Assembly: GCA_963817915.1 (NCBI GenBank)
Contig: CAWFQL010000017.1
Location: 276,308-340,307 of the forward strand
From: an uncultured candidate division Zixibacteria bacterium
GTDB taxonomy: Bacteria > Zixibacteria > MSB-5A5 > UBA10806
Length of the DNA stretch: 64,000 nucleotides
Reading direction: 5' to 3'
In this document: positions 32,905-43,699 of the stretch, in pieces
Layout: every line of letters starts with the position of its first letter
Position numbering within the stretch: the first letter of the stretch is position 1
Position numbers and translations under genes: made by a program
The notes under the pieces: generated by a model
What the model was told of the DNA's origin: nothing
What the model saw: the letters and a program-made list of their open reading frames with translations, nothing else
The model's database searches: none

Positions 32905-33846
32905 ACTGCGGCTTTTTTCTGCCTTTTATGGCTGAATTGCGCGTCGACCAGCAAAGCGCCTGCGCAATTAGAAAATACAATCTCAGGCCCTATAATAAAT
33001 CTCCGCCTCGCAAATTCCATAGGCCCCTTTATCGATGAAAATAACTCATTTACTGAGCCCGCGGGAATAACATTCAACGCTTTAGGCGAAATTTATGTCT
33101 CAGACAGGCTGAGCAATTCGATATATAAATTCTCACCTGAACTAAGGCTGTTGGCTCGGGAGGGCGGTGTTGGAATGTCTTCCGGCGGTTTCAATAAACC
33201 ATTGGGGATCGCCTGCGATGCGGCACTAAATCTCTATGTCGCCGATAATGGCAATCGGCAAATTCAGATTCTCGACCGCGATCTTCATTTTGTTAATACT
33301 ATAAGTTCTTACTATAATGACAAAGGCGAGTCTATCAATTTCGATTTACCATCGGATATTTCAATAGACAGGGAAGGCAATCTCTGGATCGCCGACAACG
33401 ACAAGATATTAGAAATAAACCCATTCTATAATTTGACGCTCGAAATATCAAATAGAGTGCCCGGTGGAGTATTTATTGGAAAGTCATCATCGGCTGAAGT
33501 ATCCTCTCAAAATATGGTTGCTGTAGGCGACCCGGATAACGGCGATGTTCTGTTGTTATCAATATACGGCAATCTCACGAAGAGGATTGCAGCCGGTAAT
33601 GCTTATGCGGTTGCCTGGGACAATTATGGAGAAATTTGGGTAGCTGACCCTGAATCCAATCGAATCTCGGCTTATGATAAAAATGGAAGGGTCTTATTTA
33701 TTTTTTCTGATACTGAGCGAGGATCCAGTCCGGCTTGGATTGCATTTGATTCTAACGGCAGATTGGGGGTAGCTGATAAGGGGCTTCGCAAAATACGTAT
33801 TTACGATATTATCCGCGGTACAAAGCAGCCTGACCTCCCCAAATAG
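32905..33846 (+). CDS. NHL-repeat (six-bladed beta-propeller) lipoprotein
   Basis: TTG start, signal peptide with lipobox LWLNC. Repeated NHL-like units (PAGITFNALGEIYVSD, PLGIACDAALNLYVADNGN.QIQILD, DISIDREGNLWIADN, AWDNYGEIWVADPESNRISAYD, IAFDSNGRLGVADKG). Confidence 0.65.
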   Translation, partial: TAAFFCLLWLNCASTSKAPAQLENTISGPIINLRLANSIGPFIDENNSFTEPAGITFNALGEIYVSDRLSNSIYKFSPELRLLAREGGVGMSSGGFNKPLGIACDAALNLYVADNGNRQIQILDRDLHFVNTISSYYNDKGESINFDLPSDISIDREGNLWIADNDKILEINPFYNLTLEISNRVPGGVFIGKSSSAEVSSQNMVAVGDPDNGDVLLLSIYGNLTKRIAAGNAYAVAWDNYGEIWVADPESNRISAYDKNGRVLFIFSDTERGSSPAWIAFDSNGRLGVADKGLRKIRIYDIIRGTKQPDLPK

Positions 33847-33852
33847 CTTTTA

Positions 33853-36800
33853 ATGAATAAATGGCCAGTCATATTATTTTCAATTCTACTTTCATCTAAC
33901 ATCTTCGCCCAAATTCCGGATACAAGCGTCATAATCCATGGCAAGGGTTCACGAGGCCCATATCAGATCGGTTTCAAGAACCTTATAAGTGGCTCCTCGA
34001 AGATAATAAGGGATAATATCGAGCTCTCTCCCGATAGCTTTTCAGTTATATATGAGGATGGCCTGATAAATCTTTCCAGACCATTAAATATCGAAGATTC
34101 TATAATCGTATTTTTCAAATATTTGCCTCTTAATCTTGAATCGACCTACTATCTCCATCGCCCCGTCGAAGCAGGTGAAGCTCCCTCAGAAAATTATCAA
34201 TCCGAAGTTAAAACCAGCGCGAGTGCAGGTAATGATCTCTCAATCGTGGGAAGCAAAGGTTTTTCGATTGAAACCGGCGGAGGAAACGGGCTTTCACAAT
34301 CGTTGAATTTGACAATCAAAGGAAATCTACTGCCGGGCTTAAAGACGTCGGCGCACATATCTGATAAATCTCAAGGCAATTCTTCCGTCACTCGAAAATT
34401 AAATGAATTGGATAGAATTTATATCGAAGCAGAGTCGGATCACTTTAAGGGAATATTCGGCGATTTTGATTATATCCATTCCGGTTCCAATTTCATGAAT
34501 TTCCAACGAAAATTATCCGGGTTGAATATGAAATATTCCAAAGCGAATACCAATCTCGGCGCGGCCGCCGCATTTTTCCCTGGAGACTATTCTTCAATCG
34601 CAATCAATGGTCGCGATGGCCGTCTCGGCCCATACTATCTAACCGATATTGGAGGGCGTCAGGGGGCGCAGGTCTTGCCTGGCTCGGAACGAGTATATCT
34701 TGATGGCGTTCTTCAAAAGCGAGGTAATGAAAACGACTATGAGATTGATTATGAGGCCGGCAGCATTCAATTTGCGCCTTCAAAGGTGCTGCGGAATGAG
34801 AGCCGGATTGTCGTAGATTATGAAATTGCCCGCGAAGAATATAATCGTTCATTCTACACAATCTCCGGCGGATCGTCGCCTATCGGAAGCTTAAAAATCA
34901 CTGCAGATCTGGTTCAGGAGGGTGATAATAAAAATTCGCCAAAGAGCTTTGAGATGACGTCTGATAATCTTCAGATTTTGCAAGATGCCGGGGCAGAAAG
35001 GCTGAATGCCGCAAGAAGCGGTGTGCAATTTGTAGGGACGGGATTAGGAAATTACACTCTTGCCACCGATACCCTGGGCAATCCTTTTTACATTTATGCC
35101 GGCCCTAATCGAGGCGATTATAATGTCAGTTTTTCGTTTATAAGTACGAATGGAGGTTCATATAAATTTCTCGGCACCGGTATTTATCAATATGGTGGCA
35201 AACTTGCGGGCGACTACGAGCCGATTATTCTTATTCCTCTTCCACAAACAAAGCGGTATGCCTCGGTTGGTTCGTCATGGTCATCGGCCGACAGCAATTT
35301 AACAATCGAAGCCGAACTTGCGGGCTCAATGTTCGATAGAAACAGCTTGTCGGATAAGGATGCCTTGAATAAGGGTGTTTCGTCATTCGTAGCGGCGAAT
35401 TATCGGAAAAAGCTTTACTCCGATGATGGTTCGCTTATGGTAAACGCCAAGGCAAGAAATATTGGCGGAAGTTCGATTTTCCCCGGGAGAATAGACGATG
35501 TCGAGCGATATCGAATTTATGATATCGATCCAAATTCATCCGCGAATGGCGAGAAAGTTCAGGAAATTGGAATCGTAAATTCATTTAATCGCACAAACAA
35601 AATCCAATATCTTATAGGTCATTTAAGCCGCCCATTGATCAGCGACAGGGTTCATCATTTGGGAGAGGCAAATTGGAATCTGTTCGATATGCTCGATCTT
35701 TATGGGCGAATAGAAAAAACTTCAGGCAGCAGGGATTGGTGGAAGCGTGGTGGCGCAATGACAGCCAACTTCGCCCGCCTTCAGCCTTCATTTCGAATAG
35801 ATTATGAAAGACAAAATGGAGCCGGCGGTTTTAAATTCAATGAATTGACAGGGATAATTCCGGCCACGTATCTGCAATCAGTAACGGGCAGCACTGAAAT
35901 CGTTTACAGAATAGAGCAAGCATTAGATAATCAAATCAATATCTGGAAGCCGAAATTCAAGTCGGGCTCATTCAGCCAGCAGATAAGTTTTTTGCCGGGG
36001 AAGGCGGGATTTTCAGGCGACTTATCCGGAGTATATTACAAAAAACACTATTCCGATTTTTCCGGGAGTAATGTCGAACAAAAAACAGGCTGGGGCAGGC
36101 TATCATTCAGCGACCCTCAAAGCAGGGGGAGTTTCAGCGTCAATGAACGATTGAGCTCATCCAACGAACGACTGCAAGCGCAAAACTATATCTTATGTGG
36201 GACAGGGCAAAGGGGAATATCGCTTTGAAGACGGTGAATATATTAAGGATCAGCAAGGAGACTATGTTCTCATTATAGAAGAATTAGGCGAAGGCTCGAA
36301 AATCAGCGATATTTCTACCGAGCTTAACGCGTCGATCGCGCCATTTTTGCTGGCGGGAGCTGGACAATCCTCCCGGAGCTCGATAGGAAAATTAAATATA
36401 GAAACCGATCTTTCTTACAGGCAGAAAAAATCATCCGATATCCTTGAGTGGCGCGATTTCTATCCATGGAGAACAACCACTCTCCAAAATATTGTCTATC
36501 GAAATGGTCAGCTGAATTTTAGAATATATTATTACCCGCCTTTTGAAAGACAACGATTCAAATACTCCGGTTCAAGATCATTTGAGGCCGGAAGTCCTTT
36601 TGCCAATGAAACTACAAACGGCAATTCTCGATCGGACGAAATTTCATGGGCATTTCCGGCGAGCGCGAAGATCGATATTATTGTCAATGGATCATTGTCA
36701 TCAAGACAAAATTCTACGAATCTTTCCGTCTATTCCATTGATAGCCGGCTGGTTTCCATGTCTGCTGATTATCGTTTCGCAGATGGCTGGACTGTAAATT

Positions 36801-37135
36801 TAAAACCTTCATACGAAACGGCCAAGCAAAAGACTACCTCCGTTAAGTCGCAAATACCATCGATGGGATTGGGATTGGTTTGGAATCTAAAGAATCGGGG
36901 ACAGGTATCCACGGTCCTCGAATATTCCCAAATTACTTCATCTCCCAAGGGCTCATATATCCCATTTCAACTGGCTCAGGGCAAAAACGAAGGTAATAAT
37001 TATCTGGCAACCGTCTCGGCCAGAATGGAAATCACCAAAAACGGGCGACTTGATTTCAGCTACAGATACGAGAATTTTCCCAAAAGGCCGCTTCGCCAAA
37101 TTATGCGGCTGGAGTTTACGGCGTTATTCAGATGA
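33853..37135 (+). CDS. Large (~1090 aa) beta-rich outer-membrane protein of unknown function; two ORFs (33853..36228 and 36197..37135) joined by an apparent +1 frameshift near 36205
   Basis: Cleavable signal peptide (NIFAQ). The sequence reads through ...ERLQAQNYIL / YVGQGKGEYRFEDGEY if one base is removed. The C-terminal region has alternating aromatic/hydrophobic beta-strand patterns (LDFSYRYENF...RLEFTALF). Confidence 0.45.
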
Positions 37136-37186
37136 AAAGATCTTCTCACAATTATTTCGGCTATCTATTTTCTAACGTCTATTAGT

Positions 37187-38797
37187 ATGGCCAAATCGGG
37201 ATTTGAGATTGCGGGCAATAAGCTATATTCGAAAACCGAACTTGCCAGACTGTTAAATTACTCCGTGGGGAACGATTCGATTTTAGCTCAATTAAGATCG
37301 CTTTATGGTCAAGCAGGATATTTCTCGGCTGATTTTAGGTGGCAGAGCGAAAACAATGGAATCAAAACCCTGCATTTTTCCGAAGGAAGCCCGACATTGA
37401 TCGGGAATTTGGATGTGCGATTAATACCAGAGAACAGCGAAATCAATTTTGAGGATATAATCAGGCAAGTGACTGGTGAAATTGCCTCGAAGAACTTCTT
37501 GAATTCCTTTTCCGCGGAATGCATCTCCCGCCTCGCTGATATCGGGATGCCATTTGCTCAAGGCACCTGGAGAGATTTTTCATTCGATGAATCCGGGCGA
37601 CTTTCGGCTGTATTTGAAATACTGCCCGGGCCGGTGATTTTTATATCGGGCTTCGAGTTTGATGGTATTTCGAGAACTCGCCATCCGACCTTGGAAAGAG
37701 CTGCTGATATTAAAATAGGACAGCGATATTCCGAATCTATTGTGGTTCGATCGCAGGATGAATTGGATAAAATGCCGTTTATTGAAATTTCGTCACCGTT
37801 TATTCTGCAGCAGTCATCTGCCGGTGATTCTTGTAAGATCATATATCATCTGAAAGAACTCCCATCGACGAAATTTGACTTTTCATTGGGATTTCTAAAT
37901 CAAGATAGAAAGGCGCAGGTGGCTGGCAGATTATTGCTCGATTTCGGCGATATTATGGGGTCGGGCAAAAGCGCGGGGCTTTTCTGGGAGAAAAAGGATA
38001 AATTTTCGAGCCAATTAAGAATCAGATATCATGACCCATTTGTATTGGGCACCAGATTCGGCTTAAGCCTCGAAGCATTTCAAAATGATCATGATAGCCT
38101 TTTTCTTGAAACAGGTGGATCTGCAGGTATTGGCCATAATTTCTCAGGCGGGCTCTACGCCGAGGCTCAATTAACAGTTCAAAGGACAGAACCCGAACCA
38201 GGGAGCATAGTTTCGTCGTCAAGCAGTAATAAAATAACGGCCGTATTTGGATATTCGAATTTGGATTTTAAGGATAATCCATCGGCGGGGTATGAAGCAT
38301 TGACATCACTGAGCAATAAATACCGATCGAATGGCAGGGTAGTTTTAGGCAATCCGGCTACCCATTTAACTTCGGTCGAACTTAAGGGAAACTATTACTT
38401 GAGAATTATTGGTCGACTGGTACTCGAGTTGGGGCTAAACGGCTGGGGAATCGTGAATAATGACGGTGATATTTCAGCGGATGAGCTTCGTTATATAGGC
38501 GGCTCCGATGATTTACGAGGATATTCATTCCAACGTTTTCCCGCGTACCGATATTTTATTACCACATTCGAATCCAGATTATTATCGGGTCGTGCCGGAA
38601 GAGCCTATATCTTTATGGATATTGCCACCATAAAATCCTCGCCGAATTCTGGCTCGAGATATAAAATATATCCCGGATATGGAATAGGAATCGCGGCCCC
38701 AACCACATTGGGACAGGTCAAGGTGGAAGTAGGTTGGGGGAAAAGCGGATTCCCGAAAGAGGCGATAGTGAATTTCGGATTGGCCGGAGGATTTTGA
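37187..38797 (+). CDS. Omp85-family (BamA/TamA/TpsB-like) outer-membrane protein with N-terminal POTRA-like domain
   Basis: POTRA-like IAGNKLYSKTELARLL...GYFSADF; conserved loop-6 motif YIGGSDDLRGY; ends ...VNFGLAGGF. No signal peptide in the called ORF. An ATG at 37132 overlaps the upstream stop (ATGA) and encodes MKRSSHNYFGYLFS in another frame, so the true start may be 37132 with one more indel. Confidence 0.55.
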   Translation: MAKSGFEIAGNKLYSKTELARLLNYSVGNDSILAQLRSLYGQAGYFSADFRWQSENNGIKTLHFSEGSPTLIGNLDVRLIPENSEINFEDIIRQVTGEIASKNFLNSFSAECISRLADIGMPFAQGTWRDFSFDESGRLSAVFEILPGPVIFISGFEFDGISRTRHPTLERAADIKIGQRYSESIVVRSQDELDKMPFIEISSPFILQQSSAGDSCKIIYHLKELPSTKFDFSLGFLNQDRKAQVAGRLLLDFGDIMGSGKSAGLFWEKKDKFSSQLRIRYHDPFVLGTRFGLSLEAFQNDHDSLFLETGGSAGIGHNFSGGLYAEAQLTVQRTEPEPGSIVSSSSSNKITAVFGYSNLDFKDNPSAGYEALTSLSNKYRSNGRVVLGNPATHLTSVELKGNYYLRIIGRLVLELGLNGWGIVNNDGDISADELRYIGGSDDLRGYSFQRFPAYRYFITTFESRLLSGRAGRAYIFMDIATIKSSPNSGSRYKIYPGYGIGIAAPTTLGQVKVEVGWGKSGFPKEAIVNFGLAGGF

Positions 38798-39639
38798 TGA
38801 ATCGAATCTGGGGAGCTATTCTGATTTCCCGTCCGCTAAATTGCCTGATTACATTTCCTGGCAGTATGGTCGGGAGCGATAATAGCAAATAATATTTATT
38901 TTTCATGGAAGATTGTCTTTGCCGCAATTTCGGCATCATTGATAGCCGCGTTCGGGAATATCATTAATGATATTTGGGATATTGCTGTTGATAAGATAAA
39001 TAAACCCTATAGACCATTGGTTAAGGGTTCACTGAGTGTTAGGATTGCCAAAATTCTTGCTATCATATTTGCGCTTTTGGGAGTAATACTGTCGTTAAAA
39101 ATTAGCGTGACAGCGACAATTCTTGCTTCCGCCGTGACAGTATCACTCCTCGTGTACACACCAATTTTCAAGAGGATTCCATTTTTGGGCAATATATTGA
39201 TAGCATTCATCTCGTCATTGGCGTTTGTATATGGCGGAATAGCTGTGGGCAAGCCCTTCGGTGCAATTATTATTGCAACTTTCTCATTTCTACATCATTT
39301 TGGACGCGAAATCGTAAAGGATATTCAAGATAGGGCGGCCGATGATGCAGTAGGTATTAGAACCGGGGCAACCGGATCTAATATCGTAATTGCCAGAAGC
39401 TGGCGCAGATCGTTTTCGCGGTTTTAATTATCGCTACATTTATACCTTATGCCACGAGTATCTATAATTTTGGATATCTGATTTTAGTGCTTATAGGTGT
39501 AGATTCAATTTTGGTATTTGCTATTTATATTATTTCCTCGACTGCCGATGAAGTTGCTATGCGAAATTTATCCGGATGGCTCAAGGCGGCCATGCCTTTC
39601 GGGATATTGGCTGTGTATATCGGCAGCCGCGGATATTAA
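38797..39639 (+). CDS. UbiA-superfamily membrane prenyltransferase, short (~270 aa) form, interrupted by two apparent frameshifts (~38875 and ~39395)
   Basis: N-terminus MNRIWGAILISRPLNCLITFPGSMVG (frame 1). Then NIINDIWDIAVDKINKPYRPLVKG (the NDxxDxxxD Asp-rich motif 1, frame 2; called ORF 38939..39427). The C-terminal TM helices continue in a third frame to 39639 (...LAQIVFAVLIIATFIPYA...ILAVYIGSRGY). Confidence 0.55.
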
Positions 39640-39829
39640 AAATACCGGATTTGTTCGGCATTTCCGTCACGAATGATATTTCGATAATACCACGAGCCCT
39701 TGACATACAGTTTCGATCGATATATTTTGTAAAATTCGCCAAATTTGTGTTCGATTGAAGGCGGAGTTGGGGGGAACAAAGGTTGTCTTTTGAGTGTATA
39801 ATCGACCTGAAATAGGAGGCTTAATAATG

Positions 39830-40813
39830 GATCAACAGATTACCGAAATTCAGGAATTTATCAAGCAAAAATCATTATTTATTAACCGTCTGACTACAGA
39901 AATATCCCAGGTCATTGTAGGTCAAAAATACTTAATCGATAGGTTAATAATTGGCCTTTTAGCAGACGGTCATATCTTGATCGAGGGCGTGCCCGGGCTG
40001 GCAAAAACATTATCAGTCAAGACCCTGTCCGATGCCATCCAAACCGGATTTCAGAGGATTCAATTTACACCTGACCTGCTCCCCGGCGATCTTGTAGGTA
40101 CGCTCATATATTCCGCCAAAGATGGGAAGTTTTCGGTGCGCAAAGGACCGATATTCTCAAATTTAATATTGGCTGATGAAATCAACCGGGCACCCGCAAA
40201 AGTGCAATCGGCGTTGCTCGAATCGATGCAAGAACGTCAGGTGACAATCGGCGACGAGACATTCAAACTACCCGAACTCTTTTTGGTGTTGGCGACTCAA
40301 AACCCGATAGAGCAGGAAGGTACTTATCCGCTTCCGGAAGCCCAGGTCGACCGGTTTATGCTAAAACTGAAAGTGACCTACCCGACTCCGGACGAGGAGT
40401 TTTTGATTCAGGAAAGAATGACATCCGGCAGCAAATTTACCGTGAATAAAATAACTTCGCCGGGCGAAATTCTCGAGGCACGCAAGGCCATGCTGCAGAT
40501 ATATATCGACGACAAGGTCAAAAAATATATAGTCGATATTGTATGCGCAAGCCGCGAACCCAAAAAGTACGGGCTCGATTTCGAGGATTTAATCAGCTAC
40601 GGCGCATCGCCGCGAGCGACGATATATCTGAATTTGGCCGCCAAAGCTCACGCATTTATGCGAGGCCGCGCTTATGTTACTCCGGACGATGTTAAGATTA
40701 TAGGCCATGATGTGCTCCGTCATCGAATAATTCTATCCTACGAGGCCGAAGCTGAGGAACTAACCTCGGATGACATTATCACTAAGATTTTCAATGGGGT
40801 AGAGGTACCGTAG
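39830..40813 (+). CDS. MoxR-family AAA+ ATPase
   Basis: GGAGG RBS; Walker A GVPGLAKT; Walker B LILADEINRA; MoxR signature QERQVTIGDETFKLP.LF.VLATQNP.E.EGTYPLPEAQ.DRF. Confidence 0.85.
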   Translation, partial: DQQITEIQEFIKQKSLFINRLTTEISQVIVGQKYLIDRLIIGLLADGHILIEGVPGLAKTLSVKTLSDAIQTGFQRIQFTPDLLPGDLVGTLIYSAKDGKFSVRKGPIFSNLILADEINRAPAKVQSALLESMQERQVTIGDETFKLPELFLVLATQNPIEQEGTYPLPEAQVDRFMLKLKVTYPTPDEEFLIQERMTSGSKFTVNKITSPGEILEARKAMLQIYIDDKVKKYIVDIVCASREPKKYGLDFEDLISYGASPRATIYLNLAAKAHAFMRGRAYVTPDDVKIIGHDVLRHRIILSYEAEAEELTSDDIITKIFNGVEVP

Positions 40814-40814
40814 A

Positions 40815-41696
40815 ATGCTCCCGCGGGAGATCCTTAAAAAAGTAAAAAAGATTGAGATTAGAACTTCGAGAATGGTCAACGAAGTATTCTCCGGGGAATA
40901 TCATTCCATTTTCAAGGGTATCGGAATGGAATTTTCCGAGGTCCGCGAATACCAGCCGGGCGATGACATCCGTAATATCGATTGGAACGTTACCGCTCGT
41001 TACGGGCATCCATACTTGAAAATATACCGCGAAGAGCGCGAGCTTACAGTCATGTTGGTTGTCGATCTTTCCGCGTCGCAGCGATTCGGCACCGGCGAGA
41101 GATTTAAAACAGAAGCCGCGGCCGAAATTACGGCCGTACTTTCGCTAGCCGCAATCAAGAATAATGATAAGGTAGGCCTTTTGGCATTTACCGATCAGAT
41201 TGAAATCTATATTCCTCCCAAAAAAGGCAAGAACCACGTCCTCCGGCTAATCCGTGAAATTCTCTATTTTAAGCCAAAGGGGAGGGGCACGAATACCGCC
41301 GCCGCGCTGGAATACCTTCTTGGAGTCGCGAAGAAAAAAAGCGTTATCTTTTTGATTTCAGATTTTCTCGATACCAAATTTGAAAAGCCGCTGGGAATTA
41401 TCGCCAAAAAACATGATTTGATCGCTTTGAAGATAAATGATCGTTTGGAGATGTCGTTCCCTAAAGCCGGACTTGTCAGGTTTTATGATCTTGAAAGTGG
41501 CGCGGAGGAATTGATTGATACATCAAGCAAAGGCTTTAAAGAGCAGTTTACTGCCAGGGTACTGGCACGAAACCAGCAATTTGAACGAATGATGCTAAAA
41601 ATGGGAATTGATAGAATTCACATTCCGGCAGGCGGTGATTATTCCAAACCATTGATTAGATTTTTTGAAATGAGAGCTAAAAGGATCAGACATTAA
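40815..41696 (+). CDS. DUF58 (vWA-like) protein, MoxR partner
   Basis: EYQPGDDIRNIDWNVTAR and VVDLSASQ(R)FG motifs; immediately downstream of moxR. Confidence 0.8.
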   Translation: MLPREILKKVKKIEIRTSRMVNEVFSGEYHSIFKGIGMEFSEVREYQPGDDIRNIDWNVTARYGHPYLKIYREERELTVMLVVDLSASQRFGTGERFKTEAAAEITAVLSLAAIKNNDKVGLLAFTDQIEIYIPPKKGKNHVLRLIREILYFKPKGRGTNTAAALEYLLGVAKKKSVIFLISDFLDTKFEKPLGIIAKKHDLIALKINDRLEMSFPKAGLVRFYDLESGAEELIDTSSKGFKEQFTARVLARNQQFERMMLKMGIDRIHIPAGGDYSKPLIRFFEMRAKRIRH

Positions 41697-41700
41697 TATC

Positions 41701-42717
41701 ATGATTAAATTGCATCTCAGATGGCTTATTATAAATCCGTTAAAAATATTCTTTAGAATATTCGAGATAAGCTTATTGACATTAGCACTGGTCATTGGAA
41801 TGTATCTGATGGCTCAGACGCAGGATGTCAGTATTAAGGCTTCGATCAAACCGGATAGCCTAACTGTCGGAGACAGGTTTTTGTATGTTAATAGAATCAG
41901 CAATATCGGGTCGAAATCGATAGTTCCAACGACTACAGGCGAGAGCCTTGGCGATGTGACCATTTTATCGAAAATATTTACACTCGATAAGCAGCCTGCA
42001 GGCACAATCGCTTATGCCTGCACCGCGGCGGTCTATAAACCCGGCCAAATTAATATACCGTCATTCAGTTTTGCTGTATCCGATTCTTCTGGAAAAATTC
42101 AGCAGATTCAAGGTGACTCACTCGCAGTTATGATACACAGTATCCTGCCCGCGGATACCGCAGGACTTGATATAGCCGATATCAGGGGGCCGAGAAAAAT
42201 TCCAGGGCCGATATGGCCGTATATACTGGCGGTCGCGATTATTGCGCTCGGAATATTCGCCTATATCAAATTGAGAAAGTATTTTACGCGCAAAATTTCG
42301 ACTCCGATAATCCCGGGGCGCCCGGCCTGGGATATCGCAATAGAGAAGTTGGATGAATTAAAAAAAGCTCGTCATCGGGATTTTGGGCGTTTCAAGGAAT
42401 TTTATTTTGAATTAACCATGATATTGCGCGGTTATATAGAAGGCCGTTATGGAATCCAGGCTGTTGAAAGCACAACATATGAATTAGAAAATGATGCCAA
42501 ATTGGCCGCGATAGAAAATGAGCTTTATAAACGGCTATTTGAGCTTTTCTATCACGCCGATCCTGTTAAATTCGCCAAATCGGTGCCAACTTCCGAGGAG
42601 GCACTTGCAGATATTGAATTCGCTTATGAATTTATATCTAAAACCAAACCAATTGTAGCGACTCAATCGATACAGCCGGAAGATCAGAAAGTGAATAAGA
42701 TAGATGTTCAGGTTTAA
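41701..42717 (+). CDS. Hypothetical membrane protein of the Bat/aerotolerance operon
   Basis: Two TM segments. Its position between the DUF58 gene and batA matches the B. fragilis bat operon layout. Confidence 0.4.
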   Translation: MIKLHLRWLIINPLKIFFRIFEISLLTLALVIGMYLMAQTQDVSIKASIKPDSLTVGDRFLYVNRISNIGSKSIVPTTTGESLGDVTILSKIFTLDKQPAGTIAYACTAAVYKPGQINIPSFSFAVSDSSGKIQQIQGDSLAVMIHSILPADTAGLDIADIRGPRKIPGPIWPYILAVAIIALGIFAYIKLRKYFTRKISTPIIPGRPAWDIAIEKLDELKKARHRDFGRFKEFYFELTMILRGYIEGRYGIQAVESTTYELENDAKLAAIENELYKRLFELFYHADPVKFAKSVPTSEEALADIEFAYEFISKTKPIVATQSIQPEDQKVNKIDVQV

Positions 42718-43699
42718 AGATCCATTGTGGCTGCTGCTTTTAGTGATACCAGCGGCATATATCTACCTGCGGTATTTCACTAGATATCTGCGCGCGCCCT
42801 CGATGCCCTATCCTGATTTGAATATATTCGAGAAAATCGGCAAATCCTGGCGCACAAGGCTCGTATCGGTTCTTCCCATAATCAAGGCTGCGGGGCTTTC
42901 TATTTTGATAGTAGCCATGGCAAGACCTCAATCCGGTTATGGACAAAATAAGCAGTCGGTCGAAGGAGTCGATATCATGCTGGCGCTGGATATCTCCGGG
43001 AGTATGCGATCAGAGGATTTCAAGCCTAAGAATCGACTTTATGTATCCAAAGAAGTAATCAGAAAATTCATCGAAGGAAGAGAAACTGACCGGCTCGGAC
43101 TGGTGGTTTTCGCGCGAAGGAGCTTTACCCAGTGTCCATTGACAACGGACTATGAACTTCTCAAGAGCCTGCTTGACCGCGTCGATTTTGGGATGGTTGA
43201 AGATAAAACGGCAATCGGTCTGGCGATAGCCAATGCCGCCAATCGTTTGAAAGATTCACAGGCGAAATCGAAAATTATAATTCTGCTAACTGACGGTGTT
43301 AATAATGTCGACGATCTCAGTCCGATAGACGCCGCCAAGGCCGCCGCGGCATTGGGTATCAAAATATATGCAGTGGGCGCAGGTCGGCCCGGCCTGGTTG
43401 ATATTCCAATCGATAACGGCTTCGGGGGATTTCGCTATGTTCAGATGCAGTCCGAAATCGACGAAGAGACCTTAAATGAAATCGCGGATATCACTGGCGG
43501 GAAATTCTACCGTGCAAAAGACGAGACCGCACTGCAAAATATCTACGATGAAATATCGAAGCTTGAAAAAACGAAAATAGAAGTGCACAGATATTATCGC
43601 TATGATGAATTGTTCGGGCAATTCCTGATAGCGGGACTGTCATTATTGATGATAGAGTTTCTGCTATCAAAAACAATCCTCGGAGGTTTGCCGGAATGA
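42704..43699 (+). CDS. batA: vWA-domain membrane protein BatA
   Basis: N-terminal TM helices; vWA MIDAS motif LALDISGSM; C-terminal TM. Confidence 0.75.
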   Translation: MFRFKDPLWLLLLVIPAAYIYLRYFTRYLRAPSMPYPDLNIFEKIGKSWRTRLVSVLPIIKAAGLSILIVAMARPQSGYGQNKQSVEGVDIMLALDISGSMRSEDFKPKNRLYVSKEVIRKFIEGRETDRLGLVVFARRSFTQCPLTTDYELLKSLLDRVDFGMVEDKTAIGLAIANAANRLKDSQAKSKIIILLTDGVNNVDDLSPIDAAKAAAALGIKIYAVGAGRPGLVDIPIDNGFGGFRYVQMQSEIDEETLNEIADITGGKFYRAKDETALQNIYDEISKLEKTKIEVHRYYRYDELFGQFLIAGLSLLMIEFLLSKTILGGLPE

